Counted from the first letter of the whole stretch, positions 1 to 13,750 are shown. The stretch: 63,047 bases of DNA, filler included, from Reticulomyxa filosa (GCA_000512085.1; 17 parts of 17 records of this genome joined end to end with filler, not necessarily neighbours in it); one strand, 5' to 3'. Numbers and translations are program-made. The notes: generated by a model not told the origin, from the sequence alone.

Positions 1-19
1 AAAAAAAAAAAAAAAAAAG

Positions 20-646
20 CAGATCGTCCAAAGGGTGTGATGTCTTTTGAATTGAATAGGATGGTACATTAGCACTAATACCAATAATACTAATACTAAT
101 GCGAACGTGAGTGCGAATGCGAATGCAAGTACGAATGCAAATGTGAATGCCAACATCAACATCAATACAAGTATTGATACCAATAATACCAATGCCAATG
201 TCCGAACAGCAGCAAAAGCTATTCCGCAATTGAAATCCAGTTCGAGTAATCACAGCAACACATCGTGGAGATACAACTTGCATGAAAATAGTGAACTTGA
301 CTTGGAGCGACATACGATCGAAGTCTCCGACTCGAACGTTGATGAGATAATGGTGGATGTGGAGGCAGCCAATCGAGACTCGGAACTGGTGGCAAAAAAG
401 AAACGAGCTTCAGGATCGTTATCCATGCCCACTCCTTCGCAATCACATTTCGCATCACCTTCTCATTCACGGCTGCAATCGCAACGAAATAGTATCAGCG
501 AAAGCAAGGCCAAGAGTAACTTTATGAAACGAGCGTCGCGTAGCTACACCAGTGAAAATGATGAAATCGAATTGGAAGGAGATGAATTGATTGAAATGTC
601 CGCAACTGAAGACAACGACGAACATAAAAGTAATAAACATTTTTAA
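20..646 (+). CDS. 3' portion of a hypothetical protein (Asn/Ser/Glu-rich); 5' end off-window
   Basis: ORF 107-646 with protein-like composition, downstream of a poly-A...AG acceptor at the window start; exact exon structure unresolved; no domain recognised. Confidence 0.5.
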
Positions 647-1775
647 AACTTTGTAGTGGTTCATTTTTTTTTTTTTTTTTTTGGTCAGTTGTTCGATCCA
701 AAGGTTAGTTATTTTCTCAAGCTTTACAATGTTCAAAATAAAAATTTCAAAAAAAAAAAACCAAACGAACATTAAAGCAATCCATAATCAATAAAAAATA
801 AACGTGCTCAATGAACCAAGATGCTCGTCGTTTGTTGTTGTTTTTTAGCTTTTATTTTCTCGCATTGTTATCGGATTTTTTTTCCTCTCTCTCCTCCCTT
901 TTTTTCTCCTTTGCTCGTGATTGTTATTTTGCATTGGCTTTGTTTTTTCCTTGGTTTGGTCGTTTGAGGTTATTTTCCCTCTTTTTTTTCCCAAAAAAAA
1001 AATTATTTCAATGAAAATTTTGTCTTTATTCATTTATTCTCTTTGAGTCTTTTTTTTTCTTAATTTTTTTGTCTGCTTGTTTGGTTGTTTTTCGGCTGGT
1101 GATATGATTTTATTCCCTGTTTTTTTGTATAGATCCCATTGTTTCAATTTTGCGGTTACTTTCATAATAAACAAGAAGTTTACAAGTTTTTATACAATCA
1201 TAACTATTGAAACTGATACAATATTAAAATTACAAAAGTAACAACTGTTTGATTGTACTGTTCTTCATTTTTTTGAAAAATGACCTTTTTACTTGATGCT
1301 AACTTAAAAATTCTCCTAGTAAAAATTTTTCAAAGTTTGCAAAAAATCTTTCGTTGTTCAAAATAAGCTATTTCATTCAAAACTTTTCAAAATAGCTGGT
1401 ACGAACAGCACATTATATCCTACGAATTGTACAATTATCTAACAACAATTTTTCCTTATGATTTAAACACTAAATTCTCTTGCAACCTTCAGCACTTCCT
1501 GCACTTAGCACACAATCCAGGTGATTGAATTTGAAATAATGATCAACTCTTTATAATACTTTATTTTGTACCAGAGGAGTTAATAAAAGAATGAAACAAA
1601 CACCATCGTTCAGTGAATTGCAAAATAAAAATGTGTGAAGTACAAACAAAAAATGAATATAGATAAAAAAAGCAATGTACGAATTAAAAAACAATATTTT
1701 ATCCCTATCCCTTCTTGAGGCAGAGGAATGTCCCTTTTTTTTTTTTTTTGCGCATAGGATAATCGAAATAAAAAA

Positions 1776-2625
1776 ATGACAGATATTTGGAAGTCAAATC
1801 CCCGCTATTATTGCAAAACGTGTGGCTGTTGGTTGGATGCAAAAGCAAGTAGCATACGGCGCCATGAGCAAGGTTCAAGACACCAGTCGAACGTGACGCA
1901 CATGCTGCAGCAAATAAAGCGGGATAAATTGTTACAAAAAAAGGCAGAGAGCTCCCACAACCATGAAATATCGCAAATAGAGACAGCAGCAAAGAAAGCA
2001 TACGTAAAAGATTGCGCAAATGGTGTTGTAGACGCAGATGGACAAACATCTGCCGGTGCGTTATTGCAAAGTGCGAATAATAGTGGCAGCGGCAACAACA
2101 GTAACAGCAACAAATTTTACGAGACATTTCACGGATCGAATTCGACGGATAGTGTAAAATATTATTACCTGGATCGCAGTGGCGCAAGTCATGGTCCGTT
2201 TGTAGAAGAGCGAATGGCATTGTGGTACCACTTGCGCTTCTTTCCAGACGCAGTGCGAGTGCGAAGACACTTTGACGTTGAATTTTCAAAGATCCGAGAC
2301 ATTGAAGACCCGTTTGATTACAAAAAAAAATTCCTCGTCAAATGGGAAAGCAATTACGCATTTCGAGACCGAATGATGTCCTCTGTTGACATTAAGGACA
2401 GGTCTACGCTGCCCCCGAACATGGGCATTCCACAAGCCTTGCTTCAATCTTTCCAAAAGGAACAATCCAAAACCGATGATATCAATGACGCAAATAACGA
2501 TGATAAAGACAAGCAAGCAAATAGCAGTACTGATAATAAAAACAAAGACAATAACAATAAACATAATAACAGTGAGGATAATAACAATAAAAATGATAAT
2601 AAAAATACCAATAATAATAATAATA
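1776..2625 (+). CDS. U1/matrin-type zinc-finger (WBP4/FBP21-like N-terminus) + GYF domain protein, 3' truncated
   Basis: MTDIWKSNPRYYCKTCGCWL...RRHEQGSRH (C2H2, WBP4-like start); YYYLDRSGASHGPF...MALWYHLRFF matches the GYF consensus; Asn-rich tail runs into the gap. Confidence 0.8.
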
Positions 2626-2725
2626 NNNNNNNNNNNNNNNNNNNNNNNNNNNNNNNNNNNNNNNNNNNNTTAATTAATTAANNNNNNNNNNNNNNNNNNN
2701 NNNNNNNNNNNNNNNNNNNNNNNNN
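2626..2725. other. Artificial contig-joining spacer (44N-TTAATTAATTAA-44N), first of 16
   Basis: Identical spacers also at 4051-4150, 13987-14086, 15422-15521, 17639-17738, 18824-18923, 28788-28887, 29946-30045, 31231-31330, 38289-38388, 47524-47623, 49203-49302, 50388-50487, 56119-56218, 58237-58336 and 59496-59595. The core has stops in all six frames. Adjacency across spacers is not biological. Confidence 0.98.
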
Positions 2726-3227
2726 ATCCCACGGAATCGATGAAGATTATATCAACAAACACAAATATATTAATGACATTCAGAATAAAGAGTATGTTGG
2801 TAATTGTTTCGATGTATTTGTGAAAAAAGGTGAAGCAGTGAAAGTGGGACAAGTTAATATTTGAATATTTGTTGCGATCAATTGTTATGTTTCAATAATC
2901 ACATGTTAATGACCTTTTATTATTTCATAGATGTTTCAAAAGAGTTATACTAAACCTAATAAAAGTACTAAAAATTCAATTACTCAAATCTATCGTAGTG
3001 AGGAAACAGATCTAGCAGTAATAATAAAAGAATGCGAATATTTGGGAAAGATTGAAGTTCCATTTCCAAAAGATTTTGATGATATAGAGGATAGATCCTT
3101 TACTCGTTTTTATTTTGGTGAATCATTGATTCGAGTGACAGTGACAATAAAAGGAAAAGAGTATGTTGAACAAGAAGTGCAAATTAAGTATGATTTTGAT
3201 GACTTGAGTTTGGATGCTCTTGGCTGA
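2726..3227 (+). CDS. C-terminal fragment of an HSPA12-like atypical Hsp70 (2 exons, intron 2853-2930)
   Basis: NCFDVFVKKGEAVKVGQ|MFQKSY...YLGKIEVPFP...FYFGESLIRVTV; homologous to NCFSVFVKQGESVSIDK at the end of the 58379-59409 gene; GT..AG intron. Confidence 0.7.
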
Positions 3228-5098
3228 ATTTATGTATTGAATTATGAGTGATGTGTTGTGTTGAATAAAATGAAATATCTATCATACTAAAAGAGATCCT
3301 TTGTTGAAAAACTATGTGAATGTAAATGATTAATTTTGGTTTCTCTTAAAGTATTCAATGGTACTACGACATAAAATCATCAAACATAAGATAAAGATAT
3401 TTGAAATGGATAGTTTTGTATAAAGAGAAGAATTATAAGAAAACTTTCTGATGTAAGCATTTCATGGACAAAAGGTTCAAATATATATATATATATTTTT
3501 TTTGACTTTAATTAAAAGTGTTTTTTGGAACAGAAAAAAATATAATTTAAGCAAAGAGTTTTAACGTTTTGAACTCACCTTATTGAAATGTGTTTTTTTT
3601 CTTGTCAGATTGGAGAAAAAAACTGAACATGTAACAAAATTACTTTACAAAGACGACCAATTAATTTTCTTCATGAAAAACAAACATTTAAAAATAGCAA
3701 CAAAATTTTATGTAACGTTTTTGCTTATTTTTCAATTTTATAATCATTTGTTTCAAAAAACAAAACACTTACAATTGAATTTTTAGAAAACTGATCATTT
3801 TAATAAGGTGGGATTTTAGTTATTCAGTTTTTTCTGCAGTTTACTGCATATACATATATATTGATTTTGCGTATTTTATGTATTTTATGTATTGTGTGGA
3901 ACATCCTCTTGAGTGCATGAAATGTAGTAAATAAATTGAACGTGGAATAAAAATAACAGATAAGAAGCAATGAAAGGACAAAAATCACAATGCTGCCAAA
4001 CGTTTGTTTGGACTGGTATTGTATGTCTATTGCTTGTGTTGATCGTTGTANNNNNNNNNNNNNNNNNNNNNNNNNNNNNNNNNNNNNNNNNNNNTTAATT
4101 AATTAANNNNNNNNNNNNNNNNNNNNNNNNNNNNNNNNNNNNNNNNNNNNAAAAACTACAAGATTAGTAGATATTTTTTTAAAAAAATTAGTTTAAATCT
4201 TTATTTTCAATGAGAAAATCAATTCTCTTCATATATTGATATTTATGTATGTCAGTTTTTTTTGCAATATAATGTATATAATCTAATAAACAATAATATT
4301 CTATTTATTTGATTAATTACTAATGTTTGCAATAATATTTTTTGTTATTGCAAATTGTTTTAATAAATGTTGCATTACATTATTCACTGTATTATAAAAA
4401 TATATTTTATTAATTTTTTCAAAGTTATGTTATAACATGAAAAAAATTTTTATAATGGGACAAGCCTTATTTTGCATAAAAAATTTTTAAAATTTCTTGC
4501 AATAGTTGTAGTACCAACAGCAATCTTTTCCAACTAATTTTGGCCTTTTTTAATAAAATTTTCACTTTATAATGGAAATAATAATTTCAATAAATTCTCC
4601 AAATATATTTTCAGTAGTCAATGTATTTGATGGTAATATTCGATATCACAATAATAAATTTGCTTAAATCTGCAAATTGTAATATTGTTCACAAATTTGT
4701 GAAATTTTTCAAAGTTTTACTGTTGAAATTCAATCAATCTTTTCCAAAATAATCTTCAAATCTCGAAAGATAACTAAGATTTACACGGAGCTTAGTCAAA
4801 TTCCTTCAAAGAAAGCAACTTTTTACGAGCTGAAACAGGTATGAAGGTGGCTAGAGTTCTTTTTTTTGACTGACAACTAATTCTTGCTTTTAGTGTAGCA
4901 ACTCAGAGTTAATCGATTTACATTTGCCAAAATAAACTAAACGATAATTGTCAAATTTTCATCGAAGTTTTGCTCGTTTATGAAGTTTAATGAAAGTTAC
5001 AAAAAAGAGCGAAAATTTGAAAATTTCATAATAATTAATTAGAAAAATCGAGTGAAAAATGTGTATGTAATATAGAACAATACATAGTCTTTTCTTCT

Positions 5099-7556
5099 TC
5101 AGTTTCCATTCTCTTCGTGGAATAAAAACACCATTTCGTACAACTGAGAGAATTGTTCGGTGTTTTTCCATCTTCGAAAAGCGTTAATCAACAATCGAAA
5201 CATTTCGATTCCGCCCGAGTCAAACATACTAATGAATTGAAAAACAGAGGTTTGTGAGTTAATGTCTAGCTTTTTAGTTTGGACCCAATCCGTAATTTCA
5301 TTTCTCATATCAAAAGACACGTTAATTGTATAGGGTGAGTCAACTCGAACATACTTCTCCCACAACAGACGAGCTTTTTGTTCCAGCTGTTTCAGGATTT
5401 CTTCCGTTTGTTGTCGGCTTTGCATAGGTATAACAGAAGTTCGTTGATCATCTCCACTATTTGTATAGGCGGTCGTTCTTGTTTTACCATCATGTTCCGA
5501 AGAGACGTTTTTTGCAAGTGACAATGTGTCCCGAATTTTGGTTATCAAATTATGGTCCGATGAAGGACTAGTAGGACGCTCGTTTACAGATACTGCATCG
5601 CCACTATTGTCATCGTCCCCATACACGATATGTGACTTTGGGATATCTTCGGTCAAAGGCACAAGTTTATACAATTGAAAATACGCCACCCATTCATCAG
5701 CACGTAAAGTATCTCCTTTTTTTTTTTTTTTGAACAACGTGCACAACAAGTCTCACAAAAAGACAAAACAAATAAACGCAATAAAATCGCAGTGAAAATT
5801 GACTTGACTAAACAGAAGGGAGATAGACGCTATGTAGCAATTTCTTCACTGCATATCTTTCAAACTGCACAAATTCACAAAGTGACAATCCAACTTCCAT
5901 TGAAAACTCTTTTTTTATGTTGTACAAGGTGTTTTTTTTTTTATTTGCACATGTAAAACAGACATTTTGTGTACGTAGGAAGTCAAAAAATAAATAAAGG
6001 AATGACACCTCCTCACAAATGCATTGTACAGTTATTTTATTTTTTTTCTACAAGTTTATGGTAAATTGAAAAACGAACCCTTTGCCAGGTACGCCATGAA
6101 AGCTTCAAGTGCTTTGACATGTTTGAGAACCATTTTCAACGAAATATCTTTTTTAATCGGGAGTTGATCAAAGACCTGCTTGTGTTGTAGATTGGAAAGC
6201 AATGGTATTTTGGCAGAGTGGCCATGGCTGGCGCTGGTCTGATGTTCCAATCGTGGAGACAAAGGCATATCGCCAATATGCCCACTCCCATAGGCCAGTG
6301 TAAGTGCTGTGTTCGGAGGTAAGACCGAATTTTCATCATTCTGACCTGTCGCTTCCATCTCGATCTCCTCATTTTTTTGCATCGTTACCTTATGAAACTC
6401 CTTCACCTTGATCAAGCTTTCTACACTTTGAATGTTCATCAAAGGCTGTACACGAACCAACACCCAGTAGCTTGTCAGCATTGCAATTACAAAATTCCTT
6501 TTTTTTTTTTTTTTGCACACACATGCAATAGATATTGTCGATACATTCAAACCGTAAAATAAAAAAAAGAAGTATACGTATTGTGCCGAAAGACACACAA
6601 AAATAGTTATAACCGGAGGTGATGGAATCAAACAAAATGGTGTCTAAAATGAACTCGATATCACTTCGACCATTTCCTTGAACCTGGAAAGCAAAGTGCA
6701 AAATGGAAATGGCCAAATACACAAACACTACCACCAGCACCGTGACGGTGACACGCTTCATTTCTTCTCTCACCAAAAATGCATCGTGAAACACCGGCGT
6801 TTTCATGGTAATGACTACTAAGGCGAACTCGGGGATTCCGATCATAATCGTGTTGGTTATAGCCAACACTAAGACCCATTTGCCATTGGGGTCAGAGTCT
6901 TGAGCCTGCAAAATTCCGTGGCTGCCTGACAATTGGGTCTGTACAATGATTCTTGGCAAACTCACCACTAATGCCGTTATTGCAATCATCCATATCACCA
7001 CATTTCGAACATATCGACTATTCCCAAGTGTTTTCTTGTGACGAATAAAAAAATTTTGTGTCAATGTCTTTGGGTTTAATAATTTATGCCATTCGAGATT
7101 TATCATTGACACTGTCCTTTTTTTTGTTTTTTGAAATAAAACAAAATACAATCTTTTTTACCCCTTCTCCACTCTGCTTTATTCACCTTTCCCTCCTCTT
7201 TTTTTTGTTATTCAAACGCCATTACCAGTTAATGTCAAACGACAACAACGCAAAACGCCATGTGCACACATAAACTGAGCAATAATGCAGGAATATTGCT
7301 ACGTCGTAGGCCCAATGATAATTGAATGATGCATCGACTGTTACCGACATCAAAAAAAAAAATACATCCCCAATGTCAGTATTAAAATTACGTTGCAAAG
7401 CAATGATATATTCACTCGCCGTTTGTGCAAGATTATGTTTAAACGTGACTGGTACAACCGGTAGGTCCAATAACTTGCGACCACCATGTAAATTAAAAAT
7501 ATAATTGCCGAAGATATGCCAAATATATAACGAAAATAAATAAATGAATCGCCCAT
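5099..7556 (-). CDS. Multi-pass membrane (7TM-like) + RGS domain protein, multi-exon (copy 1)
   Basis: Hydrophobic helices in 7556-6450; RGS motifs ALEAFMAYLAK|EFSMEVGLSLCEFVQF, LWEKYVRVDSPYTINVS, MFRLLINAFRRW; 3' end approximate. Confidence 0.8.
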
Positions 7557-8041
7557 CTCTGGAATATCTGTGCAGGATGATTAAGATTTTCTTTAAATAG
7601 AAAAAAAACACCGACAACAAGTTCAAACGTGAACGTACTTTATCTTGACTTACGATCGCGAAAAATTTTATAAAAGCAAGTTTGTAATTTCTTTGGCAAG
7701 ATATTTAAACTTAGAATTAGCTAGTGACGTTCTTATCAAAAGATTATCCATATAAAGAGAAACAAGTAAAAGGTTTGATATTATTCTTTGAAAGAGTCTA
7801 ATAATATGTATTTTTGTTGATAAAAAACCAAATATTTTGCGTAGCAAAACATAGCAAGATTGCGTTTGATCCCTATTTTCACTCCAAAAGCTTCAACATA
7901 AAAATGAAAAGTCAGGATCTACAAACGATGTTCGATATTTCACAGAAATAACCAAACCAACAGCATTCGTAAAGTTCAAAAATATGCCAACGGAGAGTTG
8001 TCACTCGACAACAAACCTTTCATATCTATCTTGAAATGCAG

Positions 8042-10034
8042 CTAGGGTATTGAGGTTAATTGTTGGTATTCCTATACAAGCACAAACGTATGTGTGCCAC
8101 TATTAAATGTCCCTGTGATTACAACACTAAAATCAGATTTTAAAAATAAAGTAAAAAACGTTAACAACGAAACTTCAGATCTAGCAAAGCGAGAAAATGA
8201 ATCGTCTTGTTGTAAATGATAGACCTCTTTAGTGCACTTGTCGAACATGGTAAAGAGACGATGAACGGTGATGGGATAATCGTCGCTTAAAAAAGTTTTA
8301 CTATCTTGCATGAAAGCAATGAGCTCCCTTCGAATATCACTGCTGACATTAACACAAAACTGCCCCTCAATCCCACGTATTTGCAATACAGCAAATAGGC
8401 TTTTTGTTTGAAGTCTTTGATCTCAAGCGTTTCGGTCCCATCCCCTTTCCCATAGACTATTGACGACTTTGGAATATTTGTTAATTTCAACAAGTTGCCC
8501 CCATAGCGAATCGATTCTTGTCCCAATTCCTTTGGATATGTTTTTTGAAGAAGATCTTTAAATTGGGCCCACTCGATCAAACTAGCTTCCCCATATACAC
8601 ACAAATATTTATTCTCCCTACGTATACTTTCATGCACACTTTTATCCGTGTATATATGTATATAATTTTTTTTACACAAACAAACGAACACAACAACAAA
8701 AAACCTGAGACAACATTCCAAAGAAAATTCTTTTGTCAAATGGTTCATATAAGCTTCAAAAAGTTTTTCATTGGAAAATGTTGAATTCAAAGTGTGAGCA
8801 CCGGACTGACTTGAGGGCTCACGTTTGTCTTCCGATTCTATATTCGCTTGCATGTTATAAAGAAAAGACAGAGGATTGTTCCTGCAGCATTTGAAGGACC
8901 GCAAATACGGTGACAACAAGGATGCCATCACAGTTACATAAAGTACTATTTATGAATATGCGTTTTTTTTTTTCCCCCCCCCCCCTCTCCCCATGTCCAC
9001 ATCAAATACGATATGCATGTACACATAATGAACTTATACGCTTTTATTGTATTGAAATCATTCTATTGTATCACACAACTCAAGAAAACAAGCAATCCTA
9101 AAAATCGAATCCAAAATAATCCGATCGACAGCAGAATAAAAAGAAAATATAGCAGCAAACATAGCGACAGTTCAGTACTCAATACTCGAAGTTCGTCTGT
9201 GTTGGTACGTGTATAGTTTTTCGCGTGTACACACGCACGAAAAATAACTTTTTTTTTTCTTAGTCTTTTTTCTCTTGCGCCCTACCAAGGTATCATTTTT
9301 TTTTATAATAATAATAATAAAAAAACTTCGAATGGCAAGGAAGTCATTGAACAATGGCGTATTAAGATAAATGGCGAACACAATAAAGCATGGGAAGCAA
9401 TAAAACGAGGCATCAACGGAGGTTTGGACGATTTCGTAGAAAGGACCTATGGAAATTGCTAGTGGCAATATCCAACTCGAACAATCGATTACTATCAAGC
9501 AAATAAATAAGCATAGCACACGTTTTCCAACATAACCTAAAGACCCATATGTTTTGCGGTTGGCTAGGAACCAATTGTCCTCCAATGCTTTTTCATTAAT
9601 GTGTACAATCCACTTTTGCACTTGTGTTGCTTGCGTCCATTTTATATCGTAATACGACAACCAAAATCTGCATTTTTTTTTTTATAAATGCATGTTTGAC
9701 TTTTTGGAAATGCAAAGAAACGTAAAGATAGCGTATACTTTAATGCGAACAGCCAGGGCATGCTATGAGATGATGTCACGTATGTAACCCACTCCAGCCC
9801 AATTAGCCATTTTGGCATGTCTATCACATAAAATAAGAATGCAAGTGGACGGTCAATACCAACTTGGACTGTCATTGCAATTGAATATAGTTTTAATAAC
9901 AACGGTCTTCTTTTCAGTACTACTGTTTTTCGTTCTAGTTTCCATGCCAAATAAGCCGTGCACACGACAAAGGGCGACACAACAAAAAGTAGCAGTCCAA
10001 TCAAAATACAAGCTATTATGAAATATGACCCCAT
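8042..10034 (-). CDS. Multi-pass membrane (7TM-like) + RGS domain protein, multi-exon (copy 2, tandem paralogue)
   Basis: Starts MGSYFIIACIL; hydrophobic helices; LFEAYMNHLTKEFSLECCL, AYLLYCKY, QFCVNVSSDIR, VYHLQQDDSFSRF; last exon EYQQLTSIP*; apparent frameshift near 8375. Confidence 0.8.
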
Positions 10035-10641
10035 CTTCTTTCTCTCCCTCGCGTTTCTGCAGCCAAGGGAAAAATTTGGGACACACAAAAGAGACTCCTT
10101 TATATCCTGGGTCTGTTTCGGACGTGTTGCAAATATTTCAATCACATTTCTTACCAATCAATCACCAATACGTTAAAGACACATCACCTTGCTTGTTTAA
10201 TTTAGCTAAATTCTGTTTTAAAAAATGGAGGAAGTTATAGATTGTTTTAAAATCCCAATAAGTTGTGAAAAGGCATCTTTTCAAAAATGTATTTTGTTTG
10301 AATATATTCAGTGAATAATTTGGAAAAAAAAGTAGCAAAGATCTTGCCATAGGAAGAGAAAAAGACAAAAGAAAAGAACAGAATATTAAACAAGATTTGG
10401 GACTAGCACAAACACATCTTTTTGTTCCCATTGATCAAAAAAAAAAAGAAAGAAAAAAAAAAAATTGTTTGAGACAAAATTGTATCAAATGCGTAATATC
10501 GCATGAAATTCCTTGCCTCTTTATATACACACAAGAAAGAAAGGACTCCTTTGGGCAAATTGATACATACCTAACAGAACTCTATAGTAAGTCCCTCACA
10601 TTAAAAAAAAGGAAAATAATAACGCTAAATAAATGGAGTCT

Positions 10642-11158
10642 CTAACTTCCTTCTCCACCTTCAACTGGAAGATCTGGCGTATCACCGTCCATAGGAATAT
10701 TCATTTGCAACACTTCTGGAGAGTCAGCAGGCTTAGCGCTGTTGAGATTGCTTTTAGCGTTCGGAACAGGTGAGGAGTCGGATTGAGCAGAGGAGAGAGA
10801 TGCCGCAGATGGAAGAGAGGAGATAGCTGGAACAGGCGGGAGTGCCCCCACAGGCGTGCTCAAATCGTTTTGTGCATTCACGTTGTTCATCATCGACTGT
10901 TGCAAAGGGTTGGCCATCATTGGGTTCTGTCCGCTGTTTATCATCTGCTGTAGCATCATTCGTTGCATCATCTGCGTTTGATACATTTGCAGCAAATATA
11001 CTTGTTGCTGTTGTGGAGACATTGACATTAACATCATACGTTGCTGTGGCGAAAGCATCTGAAGCGCTGCCATCATCATTTGCTGCTGTTGCATTTGTTG
11101 CATCTGTTGCATCTGTTGCATTTGCTGCATTTGTTGTTGTAATTGCTGCTGTTGCAAT

Positions 11159-11190
<32 letters not shown>

Positions 11191-11433
11191 TTGTGGCTGT
11201 GGCTGTGGCGGCTGCTGTTGCGTCGCTGTTAAGCCAGGTTGTTTTTAAGACATTCACTTTTTCCCACAAACATACCGATTATTTACCCTCGTTGCAGGAA
11301 AAAAAAAGTCTGCGTAACTTGTAGTTTTTTGGTTGTCACTATTTTTGTTGGCTTTATCCACTGTTTCTGCGCCTGGTGTGGTATAACTTGCGTCATTGCT
11401 AAATTGGCGAGGGGTATCAATGCAAGCTCCCAT
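10642..11433 (-). CDS. Gln/Met-rich protein with N-terminal MGAC lipidation motif (2 exons)
   Basis: ATG at 11433 (MGACIDT...); a GTTACG..AACAG intron joins it in frame to the poly-Q/QQM ORF ending at 10642. Confidence 0.6.
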
Positions 11434-11749
11434 TTTGGTGATTGTTGATAGGTCTCTAAGTAAAATTTCTAAACCTATTTCAGTCCCTTTTCTTTTTAGT
11501 GGAATTTTCTTTTTTTTACTTTTTAGGAGCCAGTACGAGAATGTATGTAAAAATACAAAAAAAAGCTTATTTTTATCAATTGCCTTAATCGCACGGATGG
11601 TACTAAAAAATGAGTTCATCATCTTTAAGACAGCAAAAAATGAATGGAAAAACCATTACATCTTTGTTACATTGTTAACGGTACAATGCACCCTGATTAA
11701 AAAGATCGTTCTTGAAGGAAAAAAAAGCAAAATAAACAAAAACTATAAT

Positions 11750-12500
11750 TTATTGCGTTTGTTCAGATTTCGGTGGTTCTTGGGTTTTTTTGGCAGCTAA
11801 TCTCTTTTTCACTTCCACTATAACCTCTTCTAACAGTTTTTTGGTCTTGTCATGTCTTGCAATTCTTGCATTGATTTGTTTTCTAACATGTTTTTTGAAA
11901 GCTCGTCTTGGTGGATATCTCTTTCCAGTCTCTTTTTTCGCATGTAGTATCGCTTTTTGAATTAGTTGTGGCAATGCGTTGAAAACTCTACGATTGTTTC
12001 TACGTTTCAACGCACGTTTATAATAAGCCAAACGGCCTGTGCCAAGTCCTTTGCGTCGGATACTTTGTGTGCCCAGTTATCTATGTATATATCACATTAC
12101 CCCATTCACAAACAAAATGTTTGATCATTCAATGGTACAAGGTTGACCGAAATTGCGTGTCACTTAAAATAAAAAATTATTTTTTGATTTAATCATAAAA
12201 AAAAATATTTGCATTTTTTTCTTTTTTAAAAATCACAAATTTAAATGCAACAAAAAAAGTAAATGTTTTGTCAGTTGGTTCACATTTGCATACATTTTCT
12301 CGTTTTGGGATTTGGATATCCACACGCGCCACATTTCTTCTTCTGGATGTGAAAGGCGCGATGGCCACAACGAGCACATAAACAATGAGACTTTGTGTGT
12401 CTCTTACCCTTGCTTGATGTTCCTTTTGGCTGTCCACACGTGTGCCAACAAGTAAATGTTAGAAAGCGGAAGCACAAGTTTAAATACTGCAACTTACCAT
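11750..12500 (-). CDS. RPL37: 60S ribosomal protein eL37 (3 exons; ATG-only first exon; one missing A near 12064)
   Basis: ATG|intron 12497-12430|[22 protein letters not shown]...CGACGYP...RK|intron 12293-12081|YNWAHK[S][11 protein letters not shown]; C4 zinc ribbon; adding one A in an A-run restores the frame. Confidence 0.93.
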
Positions 12501-13750
12501 AACTCACTATGTTACGATAAATACTCCGAGATTGTTTTGATTGCACTGACTCGGATTAATAAAATTGAATCCTGCCACAAATGAAAGCGACAAATACTTT
12601 TTTCAAAAAAAAAAGTTCACACCGTCTCGTTATTTTTTTGGAGAACTTGTTTTCGTTGCACTTTGTAACTAAACCACAAAAGTATTATGTTCCAAATTTA
12701 CAAACAATTATAAAGAAATAACTTGGTGTCCTGTTTTGTTCAAAGATTTAGGATCAATTATCACCCAACGTTTTATAAAAGTTGGAAAAAAAAGCCTTTT
12801 CATCCAAGTTTTACTTGAGGAAAAACATTATATTTGTGAGTAAAATCAATTTCCTTAAAAAAATAGTAGTAATGTTGTGGAAAAACAAACAAGTACAAAA
12901 ATTTTTACACTATATGCTAACAAAAGACACCACGTTAAAAAAACATTTATCATAAAAAGACATTTCAATAAAATAACACAAATTTTGAAAATATTGTTTG
13001 AATCTTTTATTTGTGAAAAAGCTTAATAGTAAATAGAAAAATGATATTTTCTATTTAGAAATTTATTAATAATGTTTATAAATTCACATTTAAAAAATTT
13101 TTTTACTTTGTGGATGTCTTTTCCACAAAGTAAAAAACATATACTTTATAATATATTACGAACTATGCAGTTTCACCTTAAGTATGGCATTGTTACATGT
13201 AGCCTCAGCTGACATTAATACAATTTGTTGTGACTTAGCTTATATTCTGAATAAAACCTTTTTTTATATTTACTGATAATATAATAAATGACAATAATAC
13301 TTATTTTGTATTGTTCAATCAATTAAATCAACAAATCGTTAACATATTATTGTTACTTTCAATTTCAATTAAATTGAAATTTGAAACTTTGCAAATATAA
13401 AAAAAAAACAATATTTTTGTTTTTCTTCATTGAAAAATTTGCTTTTATTCGTTGTTTTAAGTTTCACATACAAATGAACTATAAATGAAGTTTGAGAAAT
13501 TGTGTCATCAACATATCATTACAATACATGTAGTACTAGCACTACTTTCGCATACAGAATTGAATAAACGAAGTTCTAACATTAATCAATGTACACAATA
13601 TACTAATCTTTTTCAAAATAAAGAATATATTTATTTTTTAATGTATCTAAAGTTACAGAAGAACATTAAAGTTATTTAATTAGCACTTTCGGAAGTTAAA
13701 AAAAAACCTTAGTTGTAAAGAAAGTGACTCAATTCCAAGAAACAAAAGTA

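Noticed and set aside
10754-11324. Ala/Thr-rich and Ala/Val-rich overlapping ORFs
   Set aside because: Shadow frames of the CAG/CAA repeat
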